Positions 1-12,617 of a stretch of DNA of 64,000 bases are shown here, one piece after another. The stretch is from Eledone cirrhosa (Eukaryota): the NCBI GenBank assembly GCA_964016885.1, contig OZ024761.1:22630001-22694000 (forward strand). The letters are read 5' to 3'. The translations under genes were made by a program, and so were the position numbers. The first letter of the stretch is position 1; each line of letters opens with the position of its first letter. The notes below the pieces were generated by a model. That model was given only the letters and a program-made list of their open reading frames with translations, searched no databases and was not told where the DNA came from.

Positions 1-600
1 TAGCCAGCTTGAGATCTTTGGCCTTATAAGGATTCCCCTGTCTCTGGTAATTATATTCTTGTGTCTGTTGATCTTTCTTTTCAGGGAAAACTTGGAGCAT
101 ATGATTTGTATAATTTCCTAGCTTCCCCATGCCAACAGGTCCCTTTTTTGTAGAACTTACAGAGTACTTGGGCTTTATTTTCCCCAGGGTCTTCTTCACC
201 TTATCATTTATCCAGTCATCTCCTGTCTGTTTATTTGCATGTTCCTTCTTATTGGAGCCCGTCCGGTGTTTCTTTAGTTTACCTTTGCTGCAGCGTTTCA
301 ATGTCCGCAGTGCAGGGCATCTCCCTCTGTGGCTTTCAGAACCTTCCATCGGTTCTTTGTATCTCGTATTTTTTTTCCTTTTGGTGGTCTTTTATCTCCT
401 CTGTGAAAATATGACTCAGCTGATCCCTATGTGGTACAAGTGAGTAGGCAAGAAAGAATTCATTCTTTTTCTGACGTATGTATGCCAAAGTTCTCAGCCA
501 CAGCTCAGCAGGGTCTCCTTAATTGTTTGAAAGAGAGCCATTAGCTGGACTCCATGCACTGAGCATCAGTTCAAGTTCCATTAGTTTCAGTGAATTCGGT
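1..600 (-). mobile_element. Degenerate LINE ORF1-like relic
   Basis: Minus-strand translation near 121-165 gives LCKFYKKGTCWHG, resembling a CCCH finger start; purine-rich coding-like composition with stops and frameshifts. Confidence 0.3.
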
Positions 601-1080
601 TCCCATCTACCTGAGCATTTGTATGTGTATTGTCTTCAATATTTCAATTTAACTATATTATCAAACAATAAAATTAATATAAAATGAAACAAAGAAAATT
701 CTATCTGAAAGTAAAAAAAAAACACGAAACGAAAGCAATTTCTGTCTGCAGCCCTCACATATCCTCTGCAGTTGCTGCCCAAGTCTCACTACCATGCAGT
801 TGCTGCCCAAGTCTCACTACCATGCAGCAGAGAGAAACTTCTGCCATCCTGTTCTTATTCTAGATACTATGACCTCGGAGCATCCTCCTCCCTTGCTAAT
901 TTGATCAGCTAGATATCGGAAGCTATCAACCACCTCTATAGATCCTACCTGCATTTGAAAAATGCATCATTTATATATATACATACATACATAACTAGAT
1001 TCAAACGACAGACCAATAAAAAAAGAAAAAGTAAAAAATGATTAAAAAAAAAAAAAAACAATCTCAGACTTTTTCCCCAA

Positions 1081-1086
1081 TTTATT
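1081..1086 (-). terminator. Candidate distal poly(A) signal of SF1 (AATAAA), implying a 3' UTR of about 4.9 kb
   Basis: AATAAA on the minus strand followed about 20 nt later by a GT/T-rich run; other AATAAA candidates near 4047-4056 and 3229-3240. Confidence 0.4.
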
Positions 1087-2595
1087 TTTGATCTTAAAAG
1101 TTTTTAACAATATTTGAAAAGAAAAAAAATCCAAAATAAATCCTAAATAACAATTTGTTGTTGTTGTTATCTAAAACTTGTGTCCATTGTAGTAGTAGTA
1201 ATAATAATAATAATAATAATAATTCTTTATACAATGTATTACTTCCTTTTTTTTTTTTTTTTGGGGCTTATTCTGTTTGGAAAACCTTGAAATACAGGCT
1301 TGGTGGTACCGAAGTGGAGATTTGGTAAGAATGGTCAATATTTCTTTTAATTTCTAGTTTTTTTGGAATATTTTTTTTAAAAATTCATTTCAAGTTTCAT
1401 TTTTACTTTTATATTGAGAGAGGGGTGGGGGTCCTTTTCCTTTTGCAAAGAGAAATATATAAAATGAAAGAAGGTGTCGTTGCTGGTGGGGGGTGGGGGC
1501 TGCCAGTTATTTCGTTGATATTCTATAGAAATATATTTTTTTAATTTATACTGTAGTATGGACTTGTCCTTGTACAGTCCTATATAATGTGTATGTATGT
1601 ATATCATTATATATATACACACACACACACAAACTATGTTATTCATGTAGAGCATTGTTACAATGTATGTATGTATGTATGTATGTATGTGTGTGTGTAT
1701 AAATACACAGTTTATAATTTTGGTGAATTATAAAAAATCTTGTGAAAGGGGTAGGGAGAGGGAAAATAATAAAATAAAACTCAGAAAAATGTATTTTTGG
1801 TTCTCCTCTCCACCATGACACTTGTAGTTGATTATACCAACTTCCACATTTAATTTTAGCTATAAACACAATACACACACATTGGACCTCCACCAGTTCT
1901 ATCGCCAAGTGTTCTAGTTGTTTGAGTAACAAAACAGCTCATTATTGAGTGGCTGAGCATTCCACAGAAGGCATGTATGTCCATCATCCTTTAAAAAAAT
2001 TGCCGGCCGAATGGACTGAATCAATATTAAAGTTTCTTGCTCAAGGACACACTGCTCCGCCAGAAATTGAACTCATGACATTATTGTGACCCAAACATGA
2101 ACTACTAAGTATACACCTGCATGGATGAGACGTTACCAGTTAAGACCAGGAGTGGAAATTAAACCATGCCTTTTCTTTCTTACAGGCGCCTGACAAGTAT
2201 TGGTTCTTGCTGGTTGTGGGGTCTGTGATTCTATTCCAGTGCCTTACAACAGATATCTATGTGTTCCACAAACAAATCGACATAGGTCCCACACCTGTAC
2301 CAGTGTCAACAACACCTGCAGGTAATATATTCTTCTTTAAGCAACACAATCCTTTCTCCAAAACATTAGATACTATAATGAATGCTCCCACACCACAGAA
2401 ACCACCCTTGCTTCTACAGTACAAACCCCAGAAACTACCCTTGGTTCTACAGTACAAAACTATTTGAAAATATTGTTGTTTTAAAAGTTATCTTGAATTA
2501 ATTTGGAGGATGTAAACATCTTATCCAAAATCAGTCAAGAAAAATGAGAACATTTTTTGAGATTGTGAAAATCATTTTAGGTATTTCACTTTTGA

Positions 2596-2910
2596 CACCA
2601 AACTGCTTGAAACAGCCCCTGGTTCTATGACACCAAACTGTCTGAAACTAGCCCTGGTTCTACTACACCAAACTGCCTGAAACTACCCCTGGTTCTACTA
2701 CAGCAAACTGCTTGAAACTAATCCTGGTTCTACGACACCAAACTGCCTGAAACTAGCCCTGGTTCTATGACATCGAACTGCCTGAACCTAGCCCTGGTTC
2801 TACTACACCAAACTGTCTGAAACTAGCCCTGGTTCTACTACACCAAACTATCTGAAACTAGCCCTGGTTCTACTACACCAAACTATCTGAAACTAGCCCT
2901 GGTTCTACTA
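2596..2910. repeat. 35-nt minisatellite, about 9 copies (CACCAAACTGCCTGAAACTAGCCCTGGTTCTACTA)
   Basis: Direct inspection of unit spacing. Confidence 0.9.
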
Positions 2911-3736
2911 ACTTCTAACCCACACACAACAGGCAATAGTAATATATTGAAACTCCAGTATAAGAGGCCACTTAACCTTAATAAATTCTCTCTCTCTCTA
3001 CATACACAAGTTTTCCTATATCTATTATTTTAAGGAGGTCATCTCTTTCTAATAACAATACTTGTTTATTGCAGAGTAACTATTATCAACAACTGATTTG
3101 CAGGCAAAGCAAGCAGTATTCTATGCTGCCCAAACAAGCAAGACCAACAGTTCCAACAGATGAAAATGTCTTCCACTCTTGCTACAACGAACATTTTCTA
3201 ACTCTAAATTATCAAAATATTTTTAACATTTATTTTTATTCCCTCGATATCTATCTTTCTAAATATATATATTTATGTATATATAGTTTTGTGATTAATT
3301 CCAGAGTCTGGTCAGATGGGTACAGATCAGACCATAAGCTGATCAATCGCAAGACGTGTGCCACACTTCAATAAATGTAATGAAAATTTAACACCTTGTC
3401 CTTATTATTATATATATATATGTATGTGTATGTGTGTGTGTGCGTGCGTGTGTGTCTCAGTGTTGTGTAACATATACTGCTATATGTTGTACCATTTTCA
3501 GACATCTGACAACAGACCTCTTCATGTAGAGGAGAATTGATTATATATCAATAACTGGAAGGACAGTTACTTCAAATATAAGTTTCACCCACTGGCTGAA
3601 CAAACAACAACACACTTATTGACATAAAATAAATCACACACACATATATATATATCAAGAGATGACAACATGAATGAACTTCTTATTTTTCTCTAAAAAA
3701 AAAATTTTTCAGATTCCGCCCTGCCCCCTCAATCTT

Positions 3737-3772
3737 TCTTCTCATGAAGGACTGGCGTCCAAAACGTTAAGA
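3737..3772 (+). ncRNA. Degenerate minimal hammerhead motif (Penelope-type)
   Basis: TCTT-CTCATGAA-GGAC(tggc)GTCC-AAAAC-GTT-AAGA: stems I and II intact, two core substitutions. Confidence 0.45.
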
Positions 3773-3889
3773 CTCCCCTTCCTGCTATTTCAAGCGTTAA
3801 ACTAATATATTCCTTCCATATACTGCACCATACTATTTGTGTTATTTTGTTTACCTTTTACATACATATATATGTCTGTGTATATGTGT

Positions 3890-3924
<35 letters not shown>

Positions 3925-4845
3925 CACAAAATGTGCATACTTTCATTCAAAATTGATTTATAGAAAATAAAACGAAAAGAATGTCCTTACCAATTCATTC
4001 ATCTCCAGACATAACTGAAAAGCTCATTAGATTTCTATAGAACTGATTTATTTATTGGTCCAGTCAAGTGGAGTGGGGTGGTCCAGTCAGGTGGAGTGGG
4101 GTAGGACAGTCAGATGGAGTGGGGTCTTCCAGTCAGGTGGAGTGGGGTAGGACAGTCAGGTGGAGTGGTGTGGGGGTGAACAAGTAGAATTTTTTTTTTT
4201 TTAAACAGTCAAAAAATTGTTGACTGTTTTAGAAATTACTTGAAAATCAAAGTTGGGTTGTTTTTTATATTAAAAAATATAACAAGGAAAAGGTTAAAGT
4301 AATGAGTGAAAGAAGGGACAAGAAAGGTAAAACTCTGCAACATGGTGACTGGTGGAGGGAGGGTAGTGAGTGTTTAGACTAGTCTGGGGGGTTGGTGTGA
4401 GAGAGGGGGATAGTGGATGTATAAACTAGTCGGGGCAGGGGGGGGGGGGGGGGGGGTCACAGAAAGCATGGTGTATGTTTAAACTGGTCTTGCAAGGTCT
4501 GGGATTCAAATGGATTCATTCAGAGATATATGTGAAAGTAGTTTGTGTTTGGGGTAGCTTGTTTGTTTTTCATTTTTTTTTTTTTTCTTGCAAAACTGTT
4601 ATGGTTTTAATGCAGCTTGTGCATCAGCTGCATGACGTAAAAATAACCCCTAATGTCAGGTGTGTGGACGTTTATCTGGCAGAAAAGAATCAATACCAAA
4701 GAGCAAAGGTAAAGAGAAAAGTTGTCAGGTGTCACAGAAGGCTGGAAGGAAGATGTATGTATATGTATGTACGTTGTGTACACGTGTGTGTGTATATATA
4801 TATATGTATGTGGTGTGCATGTGTATATAAATGCGCATTTGTGAG

Positions 4846-4888
<43 letters not shown>

Positions 4889-5029
4889 ATCAGAGGAAAC
4901 AGACTGGCCTTGTAGGACCCTGGGGTGGGTAAAGAAAACCATTAATGAACAGTCTGACATGATGATGGAGGCCTGAGCCAGTTTTAACTCCCAGCCTGCT
5001 TCCAATTACAGAGATGTGTATGTATATAT

Positions 5030-5123
5030 AATAGATATATATATATATGTCTGTGTGTGTATGAATATATATATGTATATATATATCTTTTAATGTTTGT
5101 TCTTCCATACATAGACAGGACAT

Positions 5124-5164
<41 letters not shown>

Positions 5165-5353
5165 GTGTGTGAGTGTGTGTGTATGAATATATATGTATAT
5201 ATATATCTTTTAATGTTTGTTCTTCCATACATGGGCAGGACATTATATATATGTGTGTGTGTGTGTGTAGATATGTGTGTGAGTGTGTGTGTATGAATAT
5301 ATATGTATATATATATCTTTTAATGTTTGTTCTTCCATACATGGGCAGGACAT

Positions 5354-5385
<32 letters not shown>

Positions 5386-5703
5386 AGTATGTATGTATGT
5401 GGGTGTGTAGATGTGTGTGAGTGTGTGTGTGTGTGAGTGTATGTATGTATGTGGGTGTGTAGATGTGTGTGAGTGTGTGTGAGTGTATGTATGTATGTGG
5501 GTGTGTAGATGTGTGTGAGTGAGTGTATGTATGTATGTGGGTGTGTAGATGTGAGTGTGTGAGTGTGTGTGTGTTTGTGTGTGTGTGTGTGAGAGAGTGA
5601 GTGTGTGTGTGTGTGTATGTATGTGTGTGAGTGTGTGTGTGTGAGTGTATGTATGTATGTGGGTGTGTAGATATGTGTGTGAGTGTGTAGATGTGTGTGA
5701 GTG

Positions 5704-5740
<37 letters not shown>
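5030..5740. repeat. Three tandem copies of an approximately 120-nt unit followed by complex (TG)n, in the SF1 3' UTR region
   Basis: ATCTTTTAATGTTTGTTCTTCCATACAT..CAGGACATTA occurs three times between microsatellites. Confidence 0.85.
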
Positions 5741-5742
<2 letters not shown>

Positions 5743-5958
5743 GCGCACATGCAGCAAGAACAGAGACAAGGAAAGTTCTGAGTGTTAAACATAAGGGAAA
5801 AAAAAGAAAACTGTTTTAAAAAAACAGTCCCTCCCTCCCGCCGCCACTCCAAGGTGGCTTTAGTTTTTCTATGTACAGGAAGAAGGGGGATAGCCCCTCC
5901 CCCGTACCCCCCTCACCGTCAATCAACTCCTCCCCTGGGATGGGGGAAATGGTGTGGT

Positions 5959-6218
5959 CTAGCTCGGCGGTGGTGGTGGAGGAGCAACAAGCAACGGATT
6001 CATTCCGGGGTTCATGTCGTAGCCTCCAGGGGGCGGTGGCGGAGGGATGCCCCCATAGCCATGCTGGCTCCCGGGAGGAGGAGGCGGCGGAGCAACGGAG
6101 CCACCCATTGAGTGCATGGGTCCTTGTTGCCATGGTGGTACATTTGATGGGGGTGGCGGTGGAACGGCTGCGTTCTGCCATGGAGGTCCAGATGGAGAGA
6201 GTTGTTGATGTAAATTCC
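5959..6218 (-). CDS. SF1: SF1 last coding exon (GNLHQQLSPSGPPWQ...GGYDMNPGMNPLLVAPPPPPPS*)
   Basis: tctctgttttgcag acceptor, phase 1, two PPWQ motifs, TAG at 5961-5959; total CDS 1749 nt is divisible by 3. The correct frame is not in the ORF track. Confidence 0.88.
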
Positions 6219-6269
6219 CTGCAAAACAGAGAAATATTTCCTTAATAATAATTTTAAAAAGAGGGGAAA

Positions 6270-7092
6270 TATATATAAATATTACAATATATAATACAAT
6301 ATATATTACAATATATAAATCTTAAAATATATAATACAATATATATTACAATATATAAATCTTAAAATATATATTACAATATATAAATCTTAAAATATAT
6401 AATACAATATATAAATCTTAAAATATATATTACAATATATAAATCTTAAAATATATAATACAATATATAAATCTTAAAATATATAATACAATATATATTA
6501 CAATATATAAATCTTAAAATATATATTACAATATATAAATCTTAAAATATATATTACAATATATAAATCTTAAAATATATATTACAATATATAAATCTTA
6601 AAATATATATTACAATATATAAATCTTAAAATATATAATACAATATATAAATCTTAAAATATATAATACAATATATAAATCTTAAAATATATATTACAAT
6701 ATATAAATCTTAAAATATATATTACAATATATAAATCTTAAAATATATATTACAATATATAAATCTTAAAATATATATTACAATATATAAATCTGAAAAT
6801 ATATATTATAATATATAAATCTGAAAATATATATTACAATATATAAATCTTTAAATATATATTACAATATATAATACAATATATAAATCTTAAAATATAT
6901 ATTACAATATATAAATCTTAAAATATATATTACAATATATAAATCTTAAAATATATAATACAATATATAAATTTTAAAATATATATTACAATATATAAAT
7001 CTTAAAATATATAATACAATATATAAATCTTAAAATATATATTACAATATATAATACAATATATATTACAATATATAAATCTTAAAATATAT
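6270..7092. repeat. AT-rich approximately 28-nt minisatellite (AATATATAAATCTTAAAATATATATTAC)
   Basis: Direct inspection; lies just upstream of the last-exon acceptor. Confidence 0.9.
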
Positions 7093-7389
7093 CATCATCA
7101 TTGTTTAACGACAGTTTTGTTCCACCTTAGGCGGGATTGGTCGGGAGACCGTGTCTCGCTCGTACAGAACTGCCCCTGGCAGGTTTTCTACGGCTGGATG
7201 CCCTTCTAACACCAACCACATTTACAGTGTGGACTGGGAACCTTTTTACCGTGTCACCTACACGACCACTTTACAGAGTGGACTGGGTGCTTTTTGTTGT
7301 GACCACTTTCCAATATATACATCTCACAATATATAAATCTCACAAGACATTTGGATGATTTAAAATCAGAAATGTTGAAATCTAAACAC

Positions 7390-7610
7390 AGAATTACTAC
7401 TATGATAATAGTATTAGAAAGTCAGGTTAAATACCCTTAAAGACAGAAAATGAGTGGCCTGTAGCCACTACCGAGAATTAAACATTGTATCACACTTGGC
7501 TGGAATTCAAGAAACACAGAGTTCCCTGTAGTGGTTGCTGACAAATTATTTTCTATCTTTAAGGGTACTTTACCTGATTTTCTAACAATATTATAATTGT
7601 AGCAATTCTA
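7390..7610. mobile_element. MITE-like element with long imperfect terminal inverted repeats
   Basis: TTAGAAAGTCAGGTTAAATACCCTTAAAGACAGAAAAT versus ATTTTCTATCTTTAAGGGTACTTTACCTGATTTTCTAA. Confidence 0.6.
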
Positions 7611-8377
7611 TGATAAATATACAATATAAATAAGTAGAAAAATCTTTGACAGCGTACAGAATAATATATAAATACAGTATAATTGTCAGTAGAAATAATA
7701 AAACACTGTATCACTTGGGTAAAATAATATAATCAAAAGGTAGTCAAACTGATTTGACTACCTTTTTCTATAACTACATTTCTGACAAAAGAACTGGCTT
7801 CAAATTATAAACATTATAATCATTGTTTATATATCCATTTTTTCACGCATGCACGGGCTGGATGGGTCCATCTCAGCTCAGCTCACACAATCTTTGCCCA
7901 AGTCTTTCTTGATTGACCTCTACTGTGGCTTCCTTCCACTGGCATTTCCTGGCACTTAACCCATGTTTTATATATTTTCACCCAAGAGATAAACAGTGTT
8001 TTACTACTTCTGACAATTATACTTTACTAACACACCCACATATGTAAGAAGTGACGAAAAGTTAGAGTCAGACAGGGTATCCGCCTGTAAAACTGCCTCA
8101 AAAAGTCACATCAAACCCATGCTAGCATAGAAAAGTGGACACAAAAACAATGATGATGATGATGATGATGATGACATAGACATGCTGGTCTGTTGTTCAA
8201 TGGAAGAGACCACTCCTGAAATTAACATGCAACTCACACCCTTTTGAATTAGTTGAGTAGACTGGAGCAACGTGTAATAAAATGTCTTGCCCAAGGACAC
8301 AATGTACTGCAGGGAATCAAAATCGGGAACCACTAAGTCGTGCACCTCTCTTTAACAGACACACATATTATATATCA

Positions 8378-8545
8378 CAGTCCCCTGGCAGTGGAGACTT
8401 CTGGTGTCCTCGGCCCCAGGGCTACCTCCTTACTTACCACCATAGGCGCTGAGCTAGCCAGCCACAGGTGTGAACCCCGCGAGTTGGAGTGGCTTTTCCA
8501 GCGTGTCTCCCTTGCCGTCCTCCGGGAAACACCTTCTCCATTCTA
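8378..8545 (+). mobile_element. CRE-clade non-LTR retrotransposon 3' relic (restriction-like endonuclease C-terminus)
   Basis: PLAVETSGVLGPRATSLLTTIGAELASHRCEPRELEWLFQRVSLAVLR fits the P.AVET.G..G...FQR.S.A..RGN pattern. Confidence 0.75.
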
Positions 8546-9285
8546 TCCGCCGGGGCTGTGGGTGGGCCCCATTGCGTACCAATACATTAGTTAAATACTA
8601 TTCTTTCATCTCATACAACGCAATAAAGACTAAAGTGTTTTTTAAAAAAAAAAGTAATCAAGTTCTTTCACAGAATAGACAGTAATAATCATTAAATAGA
8701 ATAGTTGACAGCACTTTATGTATGTGTGTGTCTGTCTATGTGTGTATGTGTGTGTATGTGTGTGTCTGTGTATGTGTGTGTATGTATGTGTGTGTGCGTG
8801 TATGTATGTGTGTGTGTGTGTATGTATATGTGAAGGGAGGATCCTTGAGTTACATCAAGGACATGATAACCTCCCTAATGCTGGTGATCTACACAATAAA
8901 AACACCCAGTACACTCTGTAAAGTGGTTGGTGTTAGAAAGGGCATACATCCCTAGAAAGCTTGTCAAAGAAGGGGTTAGGAGGAGCCTTCAGTTTGTGTC
9001 AAAAGGCACAACGTCCCCTCCTCCTCCGCAGTCAATAATGACCGTATGTATACAGGACACCGACCTCCTTAGACTATCTGGGAGGACAGTGGCCCCACTT
9101 CAGTACTGACTTGGTATATGTAGACCTGTCTAACCCATGCTAGCAGCGAAAGGAGACGTTAAATGATGATGATGATATATAAACATGCGAGTAAGAGATG
9201 ACATAGAACATGTGCAAGAAGGACATGCTGGCAAAAACTTGACCAACCCATGCAAGTAGGAAAACAACTGATGTAAAACAACGAT

Positions 9286-9331
<46 letters not shown>

Positions 9332-10269
9332 ATATATAAATACATTACATACACACAGCAAACATATATATATATATGAATGTATGTATAGTATATTTGG
9401 CAATATACCGTATGCTTAATTAAAAACATTTAGAAGACCATTCGCTATCAGTTTTAAAGTAGTGACTACATCACATACTTGTATTTTCAGCAAAAGCTGG
9501 GAGAGTGGCTGACAGCTGTTTCTCGCTGCTTGGCGTTTATCAAAGCCACACACTCACCTGCCTTTGTTGAAAATTATAGAAGCTGGATTCTTATAGAATT
9601 CCAGTAATAATCAGGAGCTGATTACTCAGAGCGATTGCTAGTCCAGCAATATATATATATATATATATATAGTTTAATAAATGTAATGAAGATCTACCAC
9701 CTCGTCCTTTTTATTATTATACATGTATATACATATATATATACACACACATAGACAGACACACATATATATTTATACATACATCGCCATAAACACATAC
9801 AGTATATAGTGTTGTACAAGTTATCCCCCTTATCCAACCAAACAAAAGCTAAAGAGCAAATACGATATAGAAAGCAACATGCAACTTCTCTAGTGAAGCA
9901 ACAGCCCGAGATGTGGGTGGAGTGAAACGTGTGGTACACAGGGGGCAAACATGTGGTACACAGGGGGCAAACATGTGGTATACAGGGGGCAAACATGTGG
10001 AATACGTGGCAAACGTGGTATGCATGCAGCGGGTAGGCTGGGGAAATGTATACACACCAACTAATACAGTATTTAACCATCACATTATATATACATGTAC
10101 ATATGCATATATAAGTACATGAATATATTTACATGTATATATACTTATATGCACACACAAATATATATATTTGAAGGTAAGAACAATGTTCTTTAACTGG
10201 TCCGAGTGTCGGGGCTGAAAATGTGTCGAGTGAGAGAAGCCACTCTGCTTTCAGTAGCTCCAGTTTTTC

Positions 10270-10329
<60 letters not shown>

Positions 10330-10480
10330 TATGTATGTATACATATATATTTATATATATATCAACACTCACACACACACAACTACCTACAAGCATATAT
10401 TTTAGATATTCACACACTTATGTGAGTGTATGTGTGTGTGTTCTCAAACTGAAGAAGCTTGTTGAACCCAACCAACTTAC

Positions 10481-10579
10481 CTTGAGAACCCAGCCATGGC
10501 ATCACACCTGACTGACTATTTGGAGGTGGTGGTGGTGGTGGTGCACTCAGTAAGCCTGGTGGAGGTGGGGCAACACCTG
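10481..10579 (-). CDS. SF1: SF1 exon 12 (AGVAPPPPGLLSAPPPPPPPNSQSGVMPWLGSQ)
   Basis: ttttttcag(cag) acceptor, G|gtaagt donor, 99 nt, phase 1-1, Pro-rich. Confidence 0.85.
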
Positions 10580-10762
10580 CTGAAAAAATACAAAAACTCA
10601 ATCAGGCCAACACCCACGATGAGATGACACACATGTAACAGTACTTCCACTGGCCTGGCCCACCACCACTTCGTTACGGATTCCAACAGCTGCCAACACA
10701 AAATGTGTTTCTAACGGAACATCCATTGTCTCACCACCAATCATTGAGGAGCTGCCAACACA

Positions 10763-11737
10763 GGAGGTCAGCTAAACCTCCACAGGAGGTCAGCTAAACC
10801 TCCACGGGAGGTCGGCTAAACCTCCACAAGAGGTCAGCTAAACCTCCACAGGAGGTCAGCTAAACCTCCACGGGAGGTCGGCTAAACCTCCACAAGAGGT
10901 CAGCTAAACCTCCACAGGAGGTCAGCTAAACCTCCACGGGAGGTCGGCTAAACCTCCACAAGAGGTCAGCTAAACCTCCACAAGAGGTCAGCTAAACCGC
11001 CACAAGAGGTCAGCTAAACCTCCACAAGAGGTCAGCTAAACCTCCACAAGAGGTCAGCTAAACCTCCACAAGAGGTCAGCTAAACCTCCACAAGAGGTCA
11101 GCTAAACCTCCACAAGAGGTCAGCTAAACCTCCACGGGAGGTCAGCTAAACCTCCACGGGAGGTCAGCTAAACCTCCACAGGAGGTCAGCTAAACCTCCA
11201 CGGGAGGTCAGCTAAAGCTCCACAAGAGGTCAGCTAAACCTCCACAAGAGGTCAGCTAAACCTACACTGGAGGTCAGCTAAACCTACACTGGAGGTCAGC
11301 TAAACCTCCACAAGAGGTCAGCTAAACCTCCACAAGAGGTCAGCTAAACCTCCACAAGAGGTCAGCTAAACCTACACTGGAGGTCAGCTAAACCTACACT
11401 GGAGGTCAGCTAAACCTACACTGGAGGTCAGCTAAACCTCCACGGGAGGTCAGCTCAGCTAAACCTCCACGGGAGGTCAGCTCAGCTAAACCTCCACGGG
11501 AAATCAGCTCAACCTACACAGGAGGTCAACTAAACCTCCACGAGAGATCAGCTAAACCTCCACGGGAGATCAGCTAAACCTCCACGGGAGATCAGCTAAA
11601 CCTCCACGGGAGATCAGCTAAACCTCCACAGGAGATCAGCTAAACCTCCACGGGAGGTCAGCTAAACCTCCACGGCAGGTCAGCTAAACCTCCACGGGAG
11701 ATCAGCTAAACCTCCACGGCAGGTCAGCTAAACCTCC
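10763..11737. repeat. 22-nt hairpin minisatellite, about 44 copies (GGAGGTCAGCTAAACCTCCACA)
   Basis: Each unit folds GGAGGT/ACCTCC with a 7-nt loop; located in SF1 intron 11. Confidence 0.95.
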
Positions 11738-12218
11738 AATGTCAGCTCAACCTACATAGGTGTAAGCTGTAACAACACAGGTACACATGTCTGTGAAATG
11801 CTCAGCCACTTACATGTTAATTTCATAAGCAGGCTGCTGTTCAATTGATTGAAAAACTGGAAGACTCATCGTGAAAGCTAAATAAAATCTATTCCATATA
11901 TGTATAATAGTAAATACATCATCATCATCATCATCATTTAACGTCCATGTTTCCTGCTAGTTGGATAGGTCACCATAGATTAGGTCAGTACTTAAGTAAA
12001 CCTTATGACCTCTCAGATGGGCCGAGTCAGGCTTAAGTTAGCACAGGCCAGGAGCCCACATGCCACATACATTCCCTCAGTCTACTAAGTGCATTTTATT
12101 GTGGGACCCTGCATGTATATATATATATACATGTACGAATATATATATACACACACACACACACATATATATACATATATACACATACATATATATACAT
12201 ACACATACATATGTGAAA

Positions 12219-12540
12219 GTGTGTGGCTTAGTGGTTAGAGCATTGAGCTCAGTTATGAGGTTGTGACTTTGAATCCCAGACCGGGCGGTACATTGTGTCC
12301 TTGAGCAAGATACTTTATTTCATGTTGCTCCAGTTTATTCAGCTGTAGAAATGAGTTGCCACATCACTGGTGTCAAGTTGTTTCAGCCATTGACTTTCCC
12401 TTGGACAACATTGGTGGCGTGGACACTGGTATGTAAGGGTGACTGCTGGTCTTTCACAAACACACCTGGCCCAGGCTTGTACCTTGGAGGGGAACTTTCT
12501 AGGTGGAAATCCCATGGTCATTTGTGACTGAAGAGGGCCT
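12219..12540 (+). mobile_element. tRNA-derived SINE with CORE-like central segment (representative; fragments also near 2030, 8260, 15060, 22210, 26685, 32440, 40110, 54340)
   Basis: A-box TGGCTTAGTGG, degenerate B-box, then TGTGTCCTTGAGCAAGATACTT resembling the MIR/CORE motif. Confidence 0.75.
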
Positions 12541-12581
12541 ACGATACAGATGCATACACAAACACACAAACACACATATAC

Positions 12582-12617
<36 letters not shown>

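Noticed and set aside
5782-6245. Four overlapping ORFs over the GC-rich patch
   Set aside because: Shadow frames of the SF1 last exon; the true frame is a third minus-strand frame ending at TAG 5959.
10763-11737. CRISPR-like palindromic direct repeats (also 23748-24672 and 45980-46437)
   Set aside because: No unique spacers, no cas genes, eukaryotic context; these are minisatellites.
12219-12300. tRNA gene
   Set aside because: A and B boxes belong to a SINE head; no cloverleaf, and it continues into a multi-copy SINE body.
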